Shown one piece after another: positions 1 through 7,010 of a stretch of 62,937 nucleotides of DNA. Each line of letters starts with the position of its first letter. The first letter of the stretch is position 1. The notes below the pieces were generated by a model, which made no database searches, had not been told where the DNA came from, and saw only the letters and a program-made list of their open reading frames with translations. Origin of the DNA: a virus (taxonomy: Duplodnaviria > Caudoviricetes); IMG/VR virus record IMGVR_UViG_3300031774_000009, positions 1 to 62,937 of that record; one strand, written 5' to 3'. Made by a program: the position numbers and the translations under genes.

Positions 1-90
1 ATAAAAAAACTCGTGCCCGTCCTCAACTACAGCCATCTTGTCTGGAGTCATGTCGCTCCGCTTAAATGTATATGTCTTTACTTCCTGCAT
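1..90 (-). CDS. small early protein, truncated by window edge (MQEVKTYTFKRSDMTPDK...)
   Basis: ATG at 90 lies 9 nt behind TTGACT-N17-TATACT; frame stays open to position 1; not in ORF track. Confidence 0.6.
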   Translation of the reverse strand, partial: MQEVKTYTFKRSDMTPDKMAVVEDGHEFFY

Positions 91-133
91 AACAAAAAAA
101 GTATATCAAATTAAAAAAGAAAAGTCAAGAGGA

Positions 134-412
134 TTACCAGTCGCAGCAGCCACCGTAATCCTCATCTGTCCCCATGCCCGCACTCGCGAGGGCATCCGCG
201 TCCGCTTCCGCGTCCGAGTTAAAACCATCCCATGGCTCAGACTCCTCCTCCTTCTCCGGCCAAACGACATCACCATCAAAGGTGACCTCAGTACCCTCAC
301 GCGAGGCCAAGATGATGGCCTTTTCAAGACCATCGTGAGACCGTGGGAAACCCGCAGCATCGCCGGAGTTGGCGATCTGCACTTTGTACATATTTTCAAA
401 CATATCTCTCAT
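134..412 (-). CDS. acidic early protein ending DADALASAGMGTDEDY
   Basis: 92 aa, about one quarter D/E, MRD start directly behind a sigma70-type promoter. Confidence 0.75.
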   Translation of the reverse strand: MRDMFENMYKVQIANSGDAAGFPRSHDGLEKAIILASREGTEVTFDGDVVWPEKEEESEPWDGFNSDAEADADALASAGMGTDEDYGGCCDW

Positions 413-436
413 AACAAAAAACAGTATATCAGAATC

Positions 437-673
437 TCAGGAAAAAGCAAGCATTAATGTCACTTTTTTACACTTTTTTTCCGCCAGATGCGCAGCCCAT
501 TGCTCGGCGCGTCTTTTGCGATCTTCCATCGCTGCAATCGGAAAATCGCGATCCCGTGCGGTTTGAGGTAAAACAAACACACCGCGTTTGAACTGTTCCC
601 ATGTAGGGCGATCCACTGGGTGAATCGCTTCCCATGCCTTTTTTAACTCTTTTCTTTTCTCTATTTCTCTCAT
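437..673 (-). CDS. small early hypothetical protein (MREIEKRKELKK...)
   Basis: start moved to ATG 673, 10 nt behind TTGCTA-N16-TATAAT with extended TG. Confidence 0.7.
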   Translation of the reverse strand: MREIEKRKELKKAWEAIHPVDRPTWEQFKRGVFVLPQTARDRDFPIAAMEDRKRRAEQWAAHLAEKKCKKVTLMLAFS

Positions 674-753
674 AACAGGAATCATTATAGCACACCCCCC
701 CAAAATAGCAAGCATTATTTTAAAAAAAAATAAAAAAGTTTTTTTATTTTTTA

Positions 754-802
754 CTTGACACGTAACAGTTGCGCGCAACCCCGCTGGCCGTTACGGGTCA
801 AG
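754..802. repeat. 49-bp imperfect palindromic repeat, copy 1
   Basis: CTTGACACGTAACAGTTGCGCGCAACCCCGCTGGCCGTTACGGGTCAAG. Confidence 0.9.
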
Positions 803-814
803 CATTAAAGAGAA

Positions 815-1012
815 TTACTTTTTGCCGAAGCAAAGAGAGCAAGACTCAAAAAACTTACACCAACACAACTCCTCCTCCTCCTCTTTCGCGACCATCTCCG
901 CGTCCTGCGCCTCGATAGCAGCTTGACGCTCCTCTTCACACACAGCCTCAAACTCCGCACGCGCATTTGCGTCCGCCTCGAACACCTCTTCACAACTGAT
1001 ATTATCTCTCAT
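815..1012 (-). CDS. very acidic early protein with C-terminal Cys cluster
   Basis: start moved to ATG 1012 behind TTGACA-N16-TATACT; 65 aa with EEEEE run and CWC...CSLC. Confidence 0.7.
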   Translation of the reverse strand: MRDNISCEEVFEADANARAEFEAVCEEERQAAIEAQDAEMVAKEEEEELCWCKFFESCSLCFGKK

Positions 1013-1093
1013 AACAGGGAACAGTATATCACAACCTTCAGAAATGTCAACCCTTAATATCAATTTTTTTTTATTTTTATTTCTATCTTTTCC

Positions 1094-1142
1094 CTTGACG
1101 CGTAACGGTTCGCGGGCAGGCCGCCGGCCGTTACATGTCAAC
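1094..1142. repeat. 49-bp imperfect palindromic repeat, copy 2
   Basis: CTTGACGCGTAACGGTTCGCGGGCAGGCCGCCGGCCGTTACATGTCAAC. Confidence 0.9.
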
Positions 1143-1162
1143 ACTTTTTTTCATCTTTTCAC

Positions 1163-1193
1163 AAAAAAAACACTCCGCTCTCGCGGAGTGTTT
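1163..1193 (-). terminator. rho-independent terminator
   Basis: AAACACTCCGC-gaga-GCGGAGTGTTT followed by a T-run on the minus strand; near-copy at 4618-4647. Confidence 0.85.
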
Positions 1194-1218
1194 AGTGTTA
1201 TGAGGAGACAAGCAACAG

Positions 1219-1365
1219 TTATGAGGTTGCCAGCTTTTTAAGTTCGGCGAGATTGCCTCTACTTAAAATTTTTATTAAACGTTCAGTCAGTCCACCTTTA
1301 GTGATGATATTTTTAAAATAGCATCTTAAAATTAATTTTTCTTGGCGGTTAAGGTCAGAGATCAT
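1219..1365 (-). CDS. 48-aa hypothetical protein (MISDLNRQEKLILRCYFK...)
   Basis: ATGA overlap with the upstream ORF; below the ORF-track cutoff. Confidence 0.5.
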   Translation of the reverse strand: MISDLNRQEKLILRCYFKNIITKGGLTERLIKILSRGNLAELKKLATS

Positions 1366-1493
1366 CGGAATATCTTTTTTAGCGTACGATTTCTTTTTAA
1401 CCTCGCTTGCATTATAGCGTCATCAATTTTTTTATCAATCAGCTTAAATGCCAAAATAGATTTGCCGCTTCGATTTTTGAATTCAATGTTCAT
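1362..1493 (-). CDS. 43-aa hypothetical protein (MNIEFKNRSGKSIL...)
   Basis: ATGA overlaps on both sides (translational coupling). Confidence 0.5.
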   Translation of the reverse strand: MNIEFKNRSGKSILAFKLIDKKIDDAIMQARLKRNRTLKKIFR

Positions 1494-1966
1494 AGTTTAT
1501 AGAATGCGTGTTGCCCAATTACTTTAACAGGCTTTTGGCCTTTTGCCCAGTATGGAAGTTTTTTCATCCATGTCGCGTGATAGTGGTTAGCATATCCAAC
1601 ATAGTCGCGACTTAATGTTTTCACATTCTTTGCAACGATAATTGCATACTTCGCTTGCGGCACTTTCAACAGATGCTCCAAGTCTTTTAATTTTTTACCG
1701 TTCCAACAACTAAATTGCCATTTTTTAAGGCATACCTCCGAGGGAGTCCGTTTTCTTTCAAATGCTCGTTGAGCAATGACAGCACCCACCGCATACATTC
1801 CCTTTTCCCCTTCGCCTCTGGCTTCCGCCAATATAGTGATTGCGACAATTTTGGTTTCACGACTGAGTTGATGGTTCTTATGTGTGTGGGCATAAACAGA
1901 GTTAACAATTAACAATAATTGAAACGCGAAAGGTATAACACAAAGAGATATAATAAATCTTTTCAT
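1490..1966 (-). CDS. SleB/Hydrolase_2-family cell wall hydrolase with N-terminal signal/anchor
   Basis: TILAEARGEG...AVGAVI..R...QFSCWN...NHYHA...PYWA...IGQHAFYK; start moved to MKRFIISL at 1966. Confidence 0.85.
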   Translation of the reverse strand: MKRFIISLCVIPFAFQLLLIVNSVYAHTHKNHQLSRETKIVAITILAEARGEGEKGMYAVGAVIAQRAFERKRTPSEVCLKKWQFSCWNGKKLKDLEHLLKVPQAKYAIIVAKNVKTLSRDYVGYANHYHATWMKKLPYWAKGQKPVKVIGQHAFYKL

Positions 1967-1967
1967 A

Positions 1968-2204
1968 TTAGAGCCTTGCCTTTCCTTCTTCGATTGGCCA
2001 CATTCCTTCCACCCTATCCATGCGGAACCGCTTGTACTCGCCCGTCTCCATGCACTTGCCGCCGATGCCAGCGAACTTTTCACCGTTAGTGCGATTAGCA
2101 AACGACTCATCCAGTTCGATCTGGTAGCTGTGCATAAGGTTGCCAGTGTTTTCTTCCCCGTCATGTGTGGCGGGCCGATAGTATATGTCGAATATTTCTC
2201 TCAT
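1968..2204 (-). CDS. small WYL-like domain protein
   Basis: C-terminal G.C...GEYKRFRMDRVEGM resembles the WYL R.FR.DRI motif; MRE start behind promoter. Confidence 0.55.
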   Translation of the reverse strand: MREIFDIYYRPATHDGEENTGNLMHSYQIELDESFANRTNGEKFAGIGGKCMETGEYKRFRMDRVEGMWPIEEGKARL

Positions 2205-2245
2205 AACAAAAATTAGTTTAACAGGTTTTTCAATAAAGTCAACAA

Positions 2246-2404
2246 TTATTTTTTATTAGTATTGAGAAGCTTTTGCTTCTCAATGTTGAACTTGGCCACC
2301 TTATGGCGATGGTCTTTGATTGGGTCAAGGAATTTGATCGGGCCATTCAAGACGATTGCCACGTTCAATTCGTGAATTTTCTTCTCTATGTCTATTTCTC
2401 TCAT
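2246..2404 (-). CDS. small early hypothetical protein (MREIDIEKKIHEL...)
   Basis: start moved to ATG 2404 behind TTGACT-N17-TAGACT. Confidence 0.65.
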   Translation of the reverse strand: MREIDIEKKIHELNVAIVLNGPIKFLDPIKDHRHKVAKFNIEKQKLLNTNKK

Positions 2405-2447
2405 AACTTCAAACAGTCTAGCATAGTCTTTTGGTAAAGTCAAGCAC

Positions 2448-2603
2448 TTATTCGCACTCGTGGCATTGGAACCGGTCCAGATCATTCCAGTTTGCAGCCT
2501 CTTCTTGGCTGATCTGAAGTTTCTCGCCGCATCCGCAGCAAGACACTAACACGGGCGACTCTTCGCTAACGAAGACCTCTTCTAGTTCGATTCTATCCCT
2601 CAT
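2448..2603 (-). CDS. acidic zinc-ribbon-like early protein
   Basis: CCGC...CHEC; start at ATG 2603 behind TTGCAA-N16-TATACT. Confidence 0.65.
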   Translation of the reverse strand: MRDRIELEEVFVSEESPVLVSCCGCGEKLQISQEEAANWNDLDRFQCHECE

Positions 2604-2694
2604 AACTGCAAACAGTATAGCACAACCTCCGAAAATTGCAAGCATTATTTTCACTTTTTTTAAAAAACTTTTTTTACTTTTTTTCACTTTTATG

Positions 2695-2743
2695 CTTGAC
2701 ACGTAACGCTTCGCGGGCAGCCCGCCGGCCGTTACATGTCAAC
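2695..2743. repeat. 49-bp imperfect palindromic repeat, copy 3
   Basis: CTTGACACGTAACGCTTCGCGGGCAGCCCGCCGGCCGTTACATGTCAAC. Confidence 0.9.
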
Positions 2744-2770
2744 AATAAAAACGCGTTGCGCGTTTTTATT
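2744..2770. terminator. probable terminator hairpin
   Basis: AATAAAAACGCG-ttg-CGCGTTTTTATT at the end of the lipoprotein gene. Confidence 0.55.
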
Positions 2771-2987
2771 CGGTTTGGTGGTTTAATGTTGTACCAAATC
2801 GGACTAGCATTGTCTTGGGCGTGCCGTCATCTATTGGCTTTAAAAACTTTTGCCATGTAGGCGGATAATATAAAGTAGTCACACCTTTCTTATCAGCAAA
2901 AGAAATTTTCTTATAAACAACTTTCTTTTCAGTAACCACGCAACCAGATAAACAGATTGCACCAACTAAACTAATTATTTTTTTCAT
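2766..2987 (-). CDS. putative lipoprotein
   Basis: MKKIISLVGAICLSGC lipobox-like N-terminus. Confidence 0.6.
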   Translation of the reverse strand: MKKIISLVGAICLSGCVVTEKKVVYKKISFADKKGVTTLYYPPTWQKFLKPIDDGTPKTMLVRFGTTLNHQTE

Positions 2988-2988
2988 A

Positions 2989-3288
2989 TTATTGCATTCG
3001 CTGCGCGTCGACTTTAGTAGCTATTCTTTCCATTATTTTCTTCTGGCCCGACCGTTGGAGCCATAGAGCAAGAGATCTTTCAAACCAGTCTTGTGGCTTG
3101 CGTTCACATTTTACATCCTCCAGCCAACGGTTCAAGTGGTTTGATGTTGTTGGACTATGTTTCTCGTCGGTGCGATAATACTTCAGGCCGACCTTTGCGG
3201 CGACTGGTGTATCGTAGGAGAAGAAAACAGTTGTCCTGTCGCTCAAGTGGAGTTCAGTTTCGTTTAGGCTTATTCGTTTTAGTTTCAT
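2989..3288 (-). CDS. phage hypothetical protein (FSYDTPVAA...SPTTSNHLNRWL)
   Basis: 99-aa ORF in a tightly packed operon; motif of a type common in phage early regions. Confidence 0.7.
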   Translation of the reverse strand: MKLKRISLNETELHLSDRTTVFFSYDTPVAAKVGLKYYRTDEKHSPTTSNHLNRWLEDVKCERKPQDWFERSLALWLQRSGQKKIMERIATKVDAQRMQ

Positions 3289-3290
3289 AA

Positions 3291-3668
3291 TTATTTAATT
3301 AAGGCAATAAAGTAGCGATTAGCAACATCAGCCATTTCCTTATCTTTAGCGTGTTTCTTTCGGGATATCGAGCTAATGTAGTTAAGGATTTCTTCTGTTG
3401 GCTTCTCTTTGTATTTCTCACGAAGGCTCAAGGCCCAATGGAACCAATCTGATTCTACTGTTCTGACTTTACCATTGGCAAAAATTGTTTGAACAAACAT
3501 CTTAAAACCGGGTTCGCTGCGTGTCATGTAGGCGTGGGCGAACTCCTCAATTTTGCCGTTGTCTTCGGGGTTGAGATCGTCAGGCGATTTAGCAGCCATA
3601 GCAACCTTAACGCCTCGCGTCACCAACTGCATACCGTCAATTATTGAGTCTAGGGAAAAAATTGTCAT
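3291..3668 (-). CDS. hypothetical protein
   Basis: 125-aa ORF coupled to its neighbours. Confidence 0.65.
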   Translation of the reverse strand: MTIFSLDSIIDGMQLVTRGVKVAMAAKSPDDLNPEDNGKIEEFAHAYMTRSEPGFKMFVQTIFANGKVRTVESDWFHWALSLREKYKEKPTEEILNYISSISRKKHAKDKEMADVANRYFIALIK

Positions 3669-3868
3669 TTGGTATTACTTGGGGCAAACTGGTTTATTTC
3701 GTAAATGCCGTCCCACTTCTTTTGATGCTTATGTACAGCGAATTCATGTGAGATTAGTTCAAACAAATCTTCGCGTGATTCATGCCCGATGCTTGTTTGC
3801 CCATAGGTGCTGAAGTAGCGAGCAATTTGTTTTCGAATACTTTCTTCAAGTTGTTTCATTTCGTTCAT
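3665..3868 (-). CDS. hypothetical protein
   Basis: 67-aa ORF with ATGA overlaps. Confidence 0.6.
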   Translation of the reverse strand: MNEMKQLEESIRKQIARYFSTYGQTSIGHESREDLFELISHEFAVHKHQKKWDGIYEINQFAPSNTK

Positions 3869-4107
3869 AGTTCGTCACCTCCCCAGTTAGACATAGACAA
3901 TTCACTATTGCCTCCTTCTGGCATTACCTTTTCGATCTTCCATGGCCACGCATTGGAATCAATCACTTGCGCTAGGCTCAATGCATCCATTGAGCCAGAG
4001 TGATCTTTGCCCACCGTGTTGACATATTCTTTTGTATTAACCTCATTAGCATCTAAGTCGTGCCAAGTTAAAACAAACCGCGTTTTCATTACTGAGTCCT
4101 GTATCAT
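3865..4107 (-). CDS. hypothetical protein, paralog of 5970-6212
   Basis: shared TW.D.D.N.V..K...N..G.DHSG...AL..AQ..D.N.WPW..E...WGGD. Confidence 0.75.
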   Translation of the reverse strand: MIQDSVMKTRFVLTWHDLDANEVNTKEYVNTVGKDHSGSMDALSLAQVIDSNAWPWKIEKVMPEGGNSELSMSNWGGDEL

Positions 4108-4120
4108 AACAACAAAGAGA

Positions 4121-4345
4121 TTATCCTATAAATTTTTTTAAAAGTAAAGTACTTTTTTCAAGTTCAGCCAATTTTTTTGGGCTTTTAGTTGGCTTCAGTT
4201 CATTCAAGAAAAGAAGCATGGAAGTTCGAGCAATTGCCTTCTTTAATAGGGGATCGACTTTTGGCGCGACTTTGCGGGTTTTTGGGTAGGTTGTCATGTA
4301 GTCAGCCCAATCAGCGTCAGTCCAATCAGCAAAGGGGCTGCTCAT
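4121..4345 (-). CDS. hypothetical protein
   Basis: 74-aa ORF with ADW repeats at the N-terminus; ATGA overlap with the upstream ORF. Confidence 0.6.
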   Translation of the reverse strand: MSSPFADWTDADWADYMTTYPKTRKVAPKVDPLLKKAIARTSMLLFLNELKPTKSPKKLAELEKSTLLLKKFIG

Positions 4346-4464
4346 TTCGGGTTCCTCCCATAGTAGCCAGCCCGTTGCCGGCGTTGGTGCTTCGGATCAT
4401 TGTTCACAACATAGACGCGCCCATTCAGGGTAATCGTCTCGACTTCTTGTTTCTTATCCCTCAT
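4342..4464 (-). CDS. 40-aa early protein (MRDKKQEVETITLNGRVYVV...)
   Basis: MRD start 10 nt behind TTGCAA-N17-TAGACT; not in ORF track. Confidence 0.65.
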   Translation of the reverse strand: MRDKKQEVETITLNGRVYVVNNDPKHQRRQRAGYYGRNPK

Positions 4465-4546
4465 AACAGAAAACAGTCTACCAGAATCGTTTGAAAATTG
4501 CAAGCACTTTTTTTAAAAAAATAAAAAAACTTTTTTGTCTTTTTTG

Positions 4547-4595
4547 CTTGACACGTAACGCTTGGGCGCCTGCCCGCCGGCCGTTACGCCTCAAG
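4547..4595. repeat. 49-bp imperfect palindromic repeat, copy 4
   Basis: CTTGACACGTAACGCTTGGGCGCCTGCCCGCCGGCCGTTACGCCTCAAG. Confidence 0.9.
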
Positions 4596-4617
4596 CTTTT
4601 TCTTCATTTTTTTACAT

Positions 4618-4647
4618 AAAAAAACACCCCGCTTTCGCGGGGTGTTT
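4618..4647 (-). terminator. rho-independent terminator
   Basis: AAACACCCCGC-gaaa-GCGGGGTGTTT followed by a T-run on the minus strand. Confidence 0.85.
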
Positions 4648-4692
4648 ATGTTATGAGGTATGACAGACAACACGCACACACAAACGAGGTTA

Positions 4693-4977
4693 TTACACCT
4701 CGGAAATTTTTTGTTTAAACTCCGCAAGTGCTTTCCGTATTTTAACACTTGCCGCAGCATCCATGGCGATGCTGCGTTTTGAGCCACGCAACCGATGAAG
4801 AAAGTCTGTTGCTTCGCGGGTGATGTTCTTCTTGACCATCCGCTTTTGGCCCTCCGCTTGGAGTTTATCGCTGCGCTTCATCTTTTTGCGCGTTAATGAT
4901 TTTGTTTTACTCATTTCTTCTTCTTCTTCTTCTTTAAACTCTTGGCACAACTTTTGCCATTCATTGTAATCTAACAT
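4693..4977 (-). CDS. hypothetical charged protein
   Basis: 94-aa ORF, acidic N-terminus followed by a basic helical region. Confidence 0.6.
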   Translation of the reverse strand: MLDYNEWQKLCQEFKEEEEEEMSKTKSLTRKKMKRSDKLQAEGQKRMVKKNITREATDFLHRLRGSKRSIAMDAAASVKIRKALAEFKQKISEV

Positions 4978-4984
4978 TTTAAAT

Positions 4985-5388
4985 AAAATGGTGGTTGGAC
5001 TATTTGTTTACCAACAACTTTTCGGCTTCCAAATCAAATTTTCAGATTTACCTACTTCGTACCCATCCAGACTACCCTCTGCCACTTGGCCGTCGAGCTT
5101 GTCCAGTTGTCGCCTTAACGCCTTGGATGCGTTTATTCAGCCACACCGATCTCACTCCGTCGAGCGAGAAAATTAATTAAGTTGCTGCCGCACCACCAGC
5201 AGTTATAAGTTTCATTAGCATATGATATGAAACAATTAACGGGCGTGAACTTTCAACTGTGTCGTGCGCACGAGACAGATTCACAGGGGTATTTAACTCC
5301 GTCAACTTAAATTCAAAGAGCGTCTGGGATTGACTAGCATTGCATTCCTGCCCTAGTCTTTTACATCGGCCCAGCCCGATGTATATGG
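4985..5388 (-). ncRNA. candidate structured non-coding RNA region
   Basis: ~400 bp with no convincing minus-strand ORF inside a dense operon; several hairpins (4994-5015, 5117-5133, 5150-5169, 5209-5233, 5257-5278, 5362-5383). Confidence 0.45.
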
Positions 5389-5604
5389 TTAGCTTACCAA
5401 CTCCAGATGATTAATCTGGGAGATGTTAAACCGGCGTATGCCGTGACTCTCGCCATCAGCAAATTTATACCCCTTAATGTGGTCAGGGTGTCTCTCGGTA
5501 ATGGCCACGGTGTATTCCTTGGTCATCCCGTCCTTGCGCTCATAGTTCACATGGTAGCGCGGCGCATTATCGATTTGGTTCATTATTTCTTCGTTTGTCA
5601 TCAT
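5389..5604 (-). CDS. small WYL-like domain protein
   Basis: YHVNYERKDG...GIRRFNISQINHLELV; promoter TTGACA-N17-TAGACT at ~5648-5676. Confidence 0.55.
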   Translation of the reverse strand: MMTNEEIMNQIDNAPRYHVNYERKDGMTKEYTVAITERHPDHIKGYKFADGESHGIRRFNISQINHLELVS

Positions 5605-5683
5605 AACTTGATTTTCTGTCTTGTGGTTCTTCCGAACCGCTGCAAGTAGTCTACCTGCTAGGCGGCGTAATGTCAACCCCTTT

Positions 5684-5956
5684 TTAATCTTTTTTTCCAT
5701 ACTTAAAAGCGGCTTGGTCAGCAGCAGTACGCAGATGTCCGCGATCAACGGGCTGGCCTTTGGTATTATGTGTCTGCATAGCAAAGTGTTTGTACCCTCT
5801 GTCGAAGTCTTCTTTAAGGCCATGCATATCTTCTGTGGTTATACTGCCCATACCTTCGATCCGTTCTGTCTCAGTAGCTTTACGCTCACTAAAGTCTTTA
5901 TGGCCGAGATTGCGTTGATGTGCTTCGAATCCGTTATTGTTCATGTTATTACTCAT
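5684..5956 (-). CDS. hypothetical protein
   Basis: 90-aa ORF. Confidence 0.6.
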   Translation of the reverse strand: MSNNMNNNGFEAHQRNLGHKDFSERKATETERIEGMGSITTEDMHGLKEDFDRGYKHFAMQTHNTKGQPVDRGHLRTAADQAAFKYGKKD

Positions 5957-5969
5957 ACTAATTTAAAAT

Positions 5970-6212
5970 TTATCCACAAGTAGGGAAGAGTCTACCATTA
6001 CCCATTTGATCACCACCCCAGCCATGCGCTACCTCTGTACCATCTTCCTCAAGTACCCATGGCCACATATTAGTATCAGCCTGTTGAGCTATTGCCAGAG
6101 CTTCATCCATGCCAGAGTGGTCAACGCCTTCCTTGTTGGTGAAGTCTTTACTGCTAACACGATTGGAGTCTTCATCTTTCCAAGTGATTGTGTATGTCTT
6201 TCTATCTCTCAT
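5970..6212 (-). CDS. hypothetical protein, paralog of 3865-4107
   Basis: start moved to MRD at 6212 behind TTGACA-N17-TAAGCT; DHSG/WPW/WGGD motifs. Confidence 0.75.
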   Translation of the reverse strand: MRDRKTYTITWKDEDSNRVSSKDFTNKEGVDHSGMDEALAIAQQADTNMWPWVLEEDGTEVAHGWGGDQMGNGRLFPTCG

Positions 6213-6225
6213 AACTGGATATAGC

Positions 6226-6408
6226 TTACCTGATTTCTTTTGCTTTGTCAACTTCTTTGTTATCCCACTCGAAGGGGATCTCATCCCCTTTGAGTGATGG
6301 CTCAGGCGCACCGCAAGAGTTGTTGTTGCAGTGAGGGCCAAGGTAGTGGGAGGTGTTAGCATTTAGTCCATGGAATCTGTAAGTTTGTGTCTGTGTGCAA
6401 TATGTCAT
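6226..6408 (-). CDS. small hypothetical protein
   Basis: 60 aa; ATG 10 nt behind TTGACT-N17-AATAAT. Confidence 0.55.
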   Translation of the reverse strand: MTYCTQTQTYRFHGLNANTSHYLGPHCNNNSCGAPEPSLKGDEIPFEWDNKEVDKAKEIR

Positions 6409-6454
6409 AACTAAAAAAATTATTATCTATTTGAATCTTAAAGTCAATTACTTT

Positions 6455-6727
6455 TTAATAATTGTCTTTGTGGAATCTTCCTTTGGGTGTTCTATCTTCA
6501 AAGCATTTAGTGATCTCAACTACTTCAACCATGTCACCAGTCTTTTCATTATTATTCACATCAGAATCGAGGAATTGCTTTATCATCTCTTCTTCAGATG
6601 TTCCTAGTGGGTATGTATTACCCATTGAGGAATTAGTGCGAGCGAGGTAATGACCGCCTTTGTAGTTTGGATTCCTTCTTAATTTGAAGGTTACGTTTAG
6701 GAAGTTTATGTATTCTGTATCTCTCAT
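6455..6727 (-). CDS. early hypothetical protein (MRDTEYINF...)
   Basis: start moved to 6727 behind TTGACT-N17-TTTAAT. Confidence 0.65.
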   Translation of the reverse strand: MRDTEYINFLNVTFKLRRNPNYKGGHYLARTNSSMGNTYPLGTSEEEMIKQFLDSDVNNNEKTGDMVEVVEITKCFEDRTPKGRFHKDNY

Positions 6728-6776
6728 ATCAACTGCGTATATTAAACCATACTTTTTTAACAAAGTCAACACCTTT

Positions 6777-7010
6777 TTACAGGCTGTCGACCATTTCTTC
6801 GACGACGTATTCGTGCCATGCGTCCACTGTGTGCTGTACAGTGTATTTATCCACAAAGCATTCGCGAACTATTTCGCTTTCCTTTTCGGCGTTGATATCG
6901 CCGAAACCCAGTTCCCAGTATTCGCATCGTGCTGCGACCTCGTTGAAGAACACTTTCCAAGAGTTTGTCAGAATGTCTGACTCGTATTTCATCTCTTTCA
7001 TATCTCTCAT
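6777..7010 (-). CDS. acidic early protein (MRDMKEMKYESD...)
   Basis: start moved to 7010 behind TTGTAT-N16-TATCCT. Confidence 0.65.
   Translation of the reverse strand: MRDMKEMKYESDILTNSWKVFFNEVAARCEYWELGFGDINAEKESEIVRECFVDKYTVQHTVDAWHEYVVEEMVDSL

Noticed and set aside
754-4595. 49-bp repeats as a CRISPR array
   Set aside because: Spacing is irregular (340, 1601 and 1852 bp), whole genes lie between copies, and there are no cas genes
4985-5070. tRNA/tmRNA suggested by a minus-strand CCACCA 3' end
   Set aside because: No T-loop GTTCRA, D-arm or cloverleaf could be built; kept only as part of a candidate ncRNA
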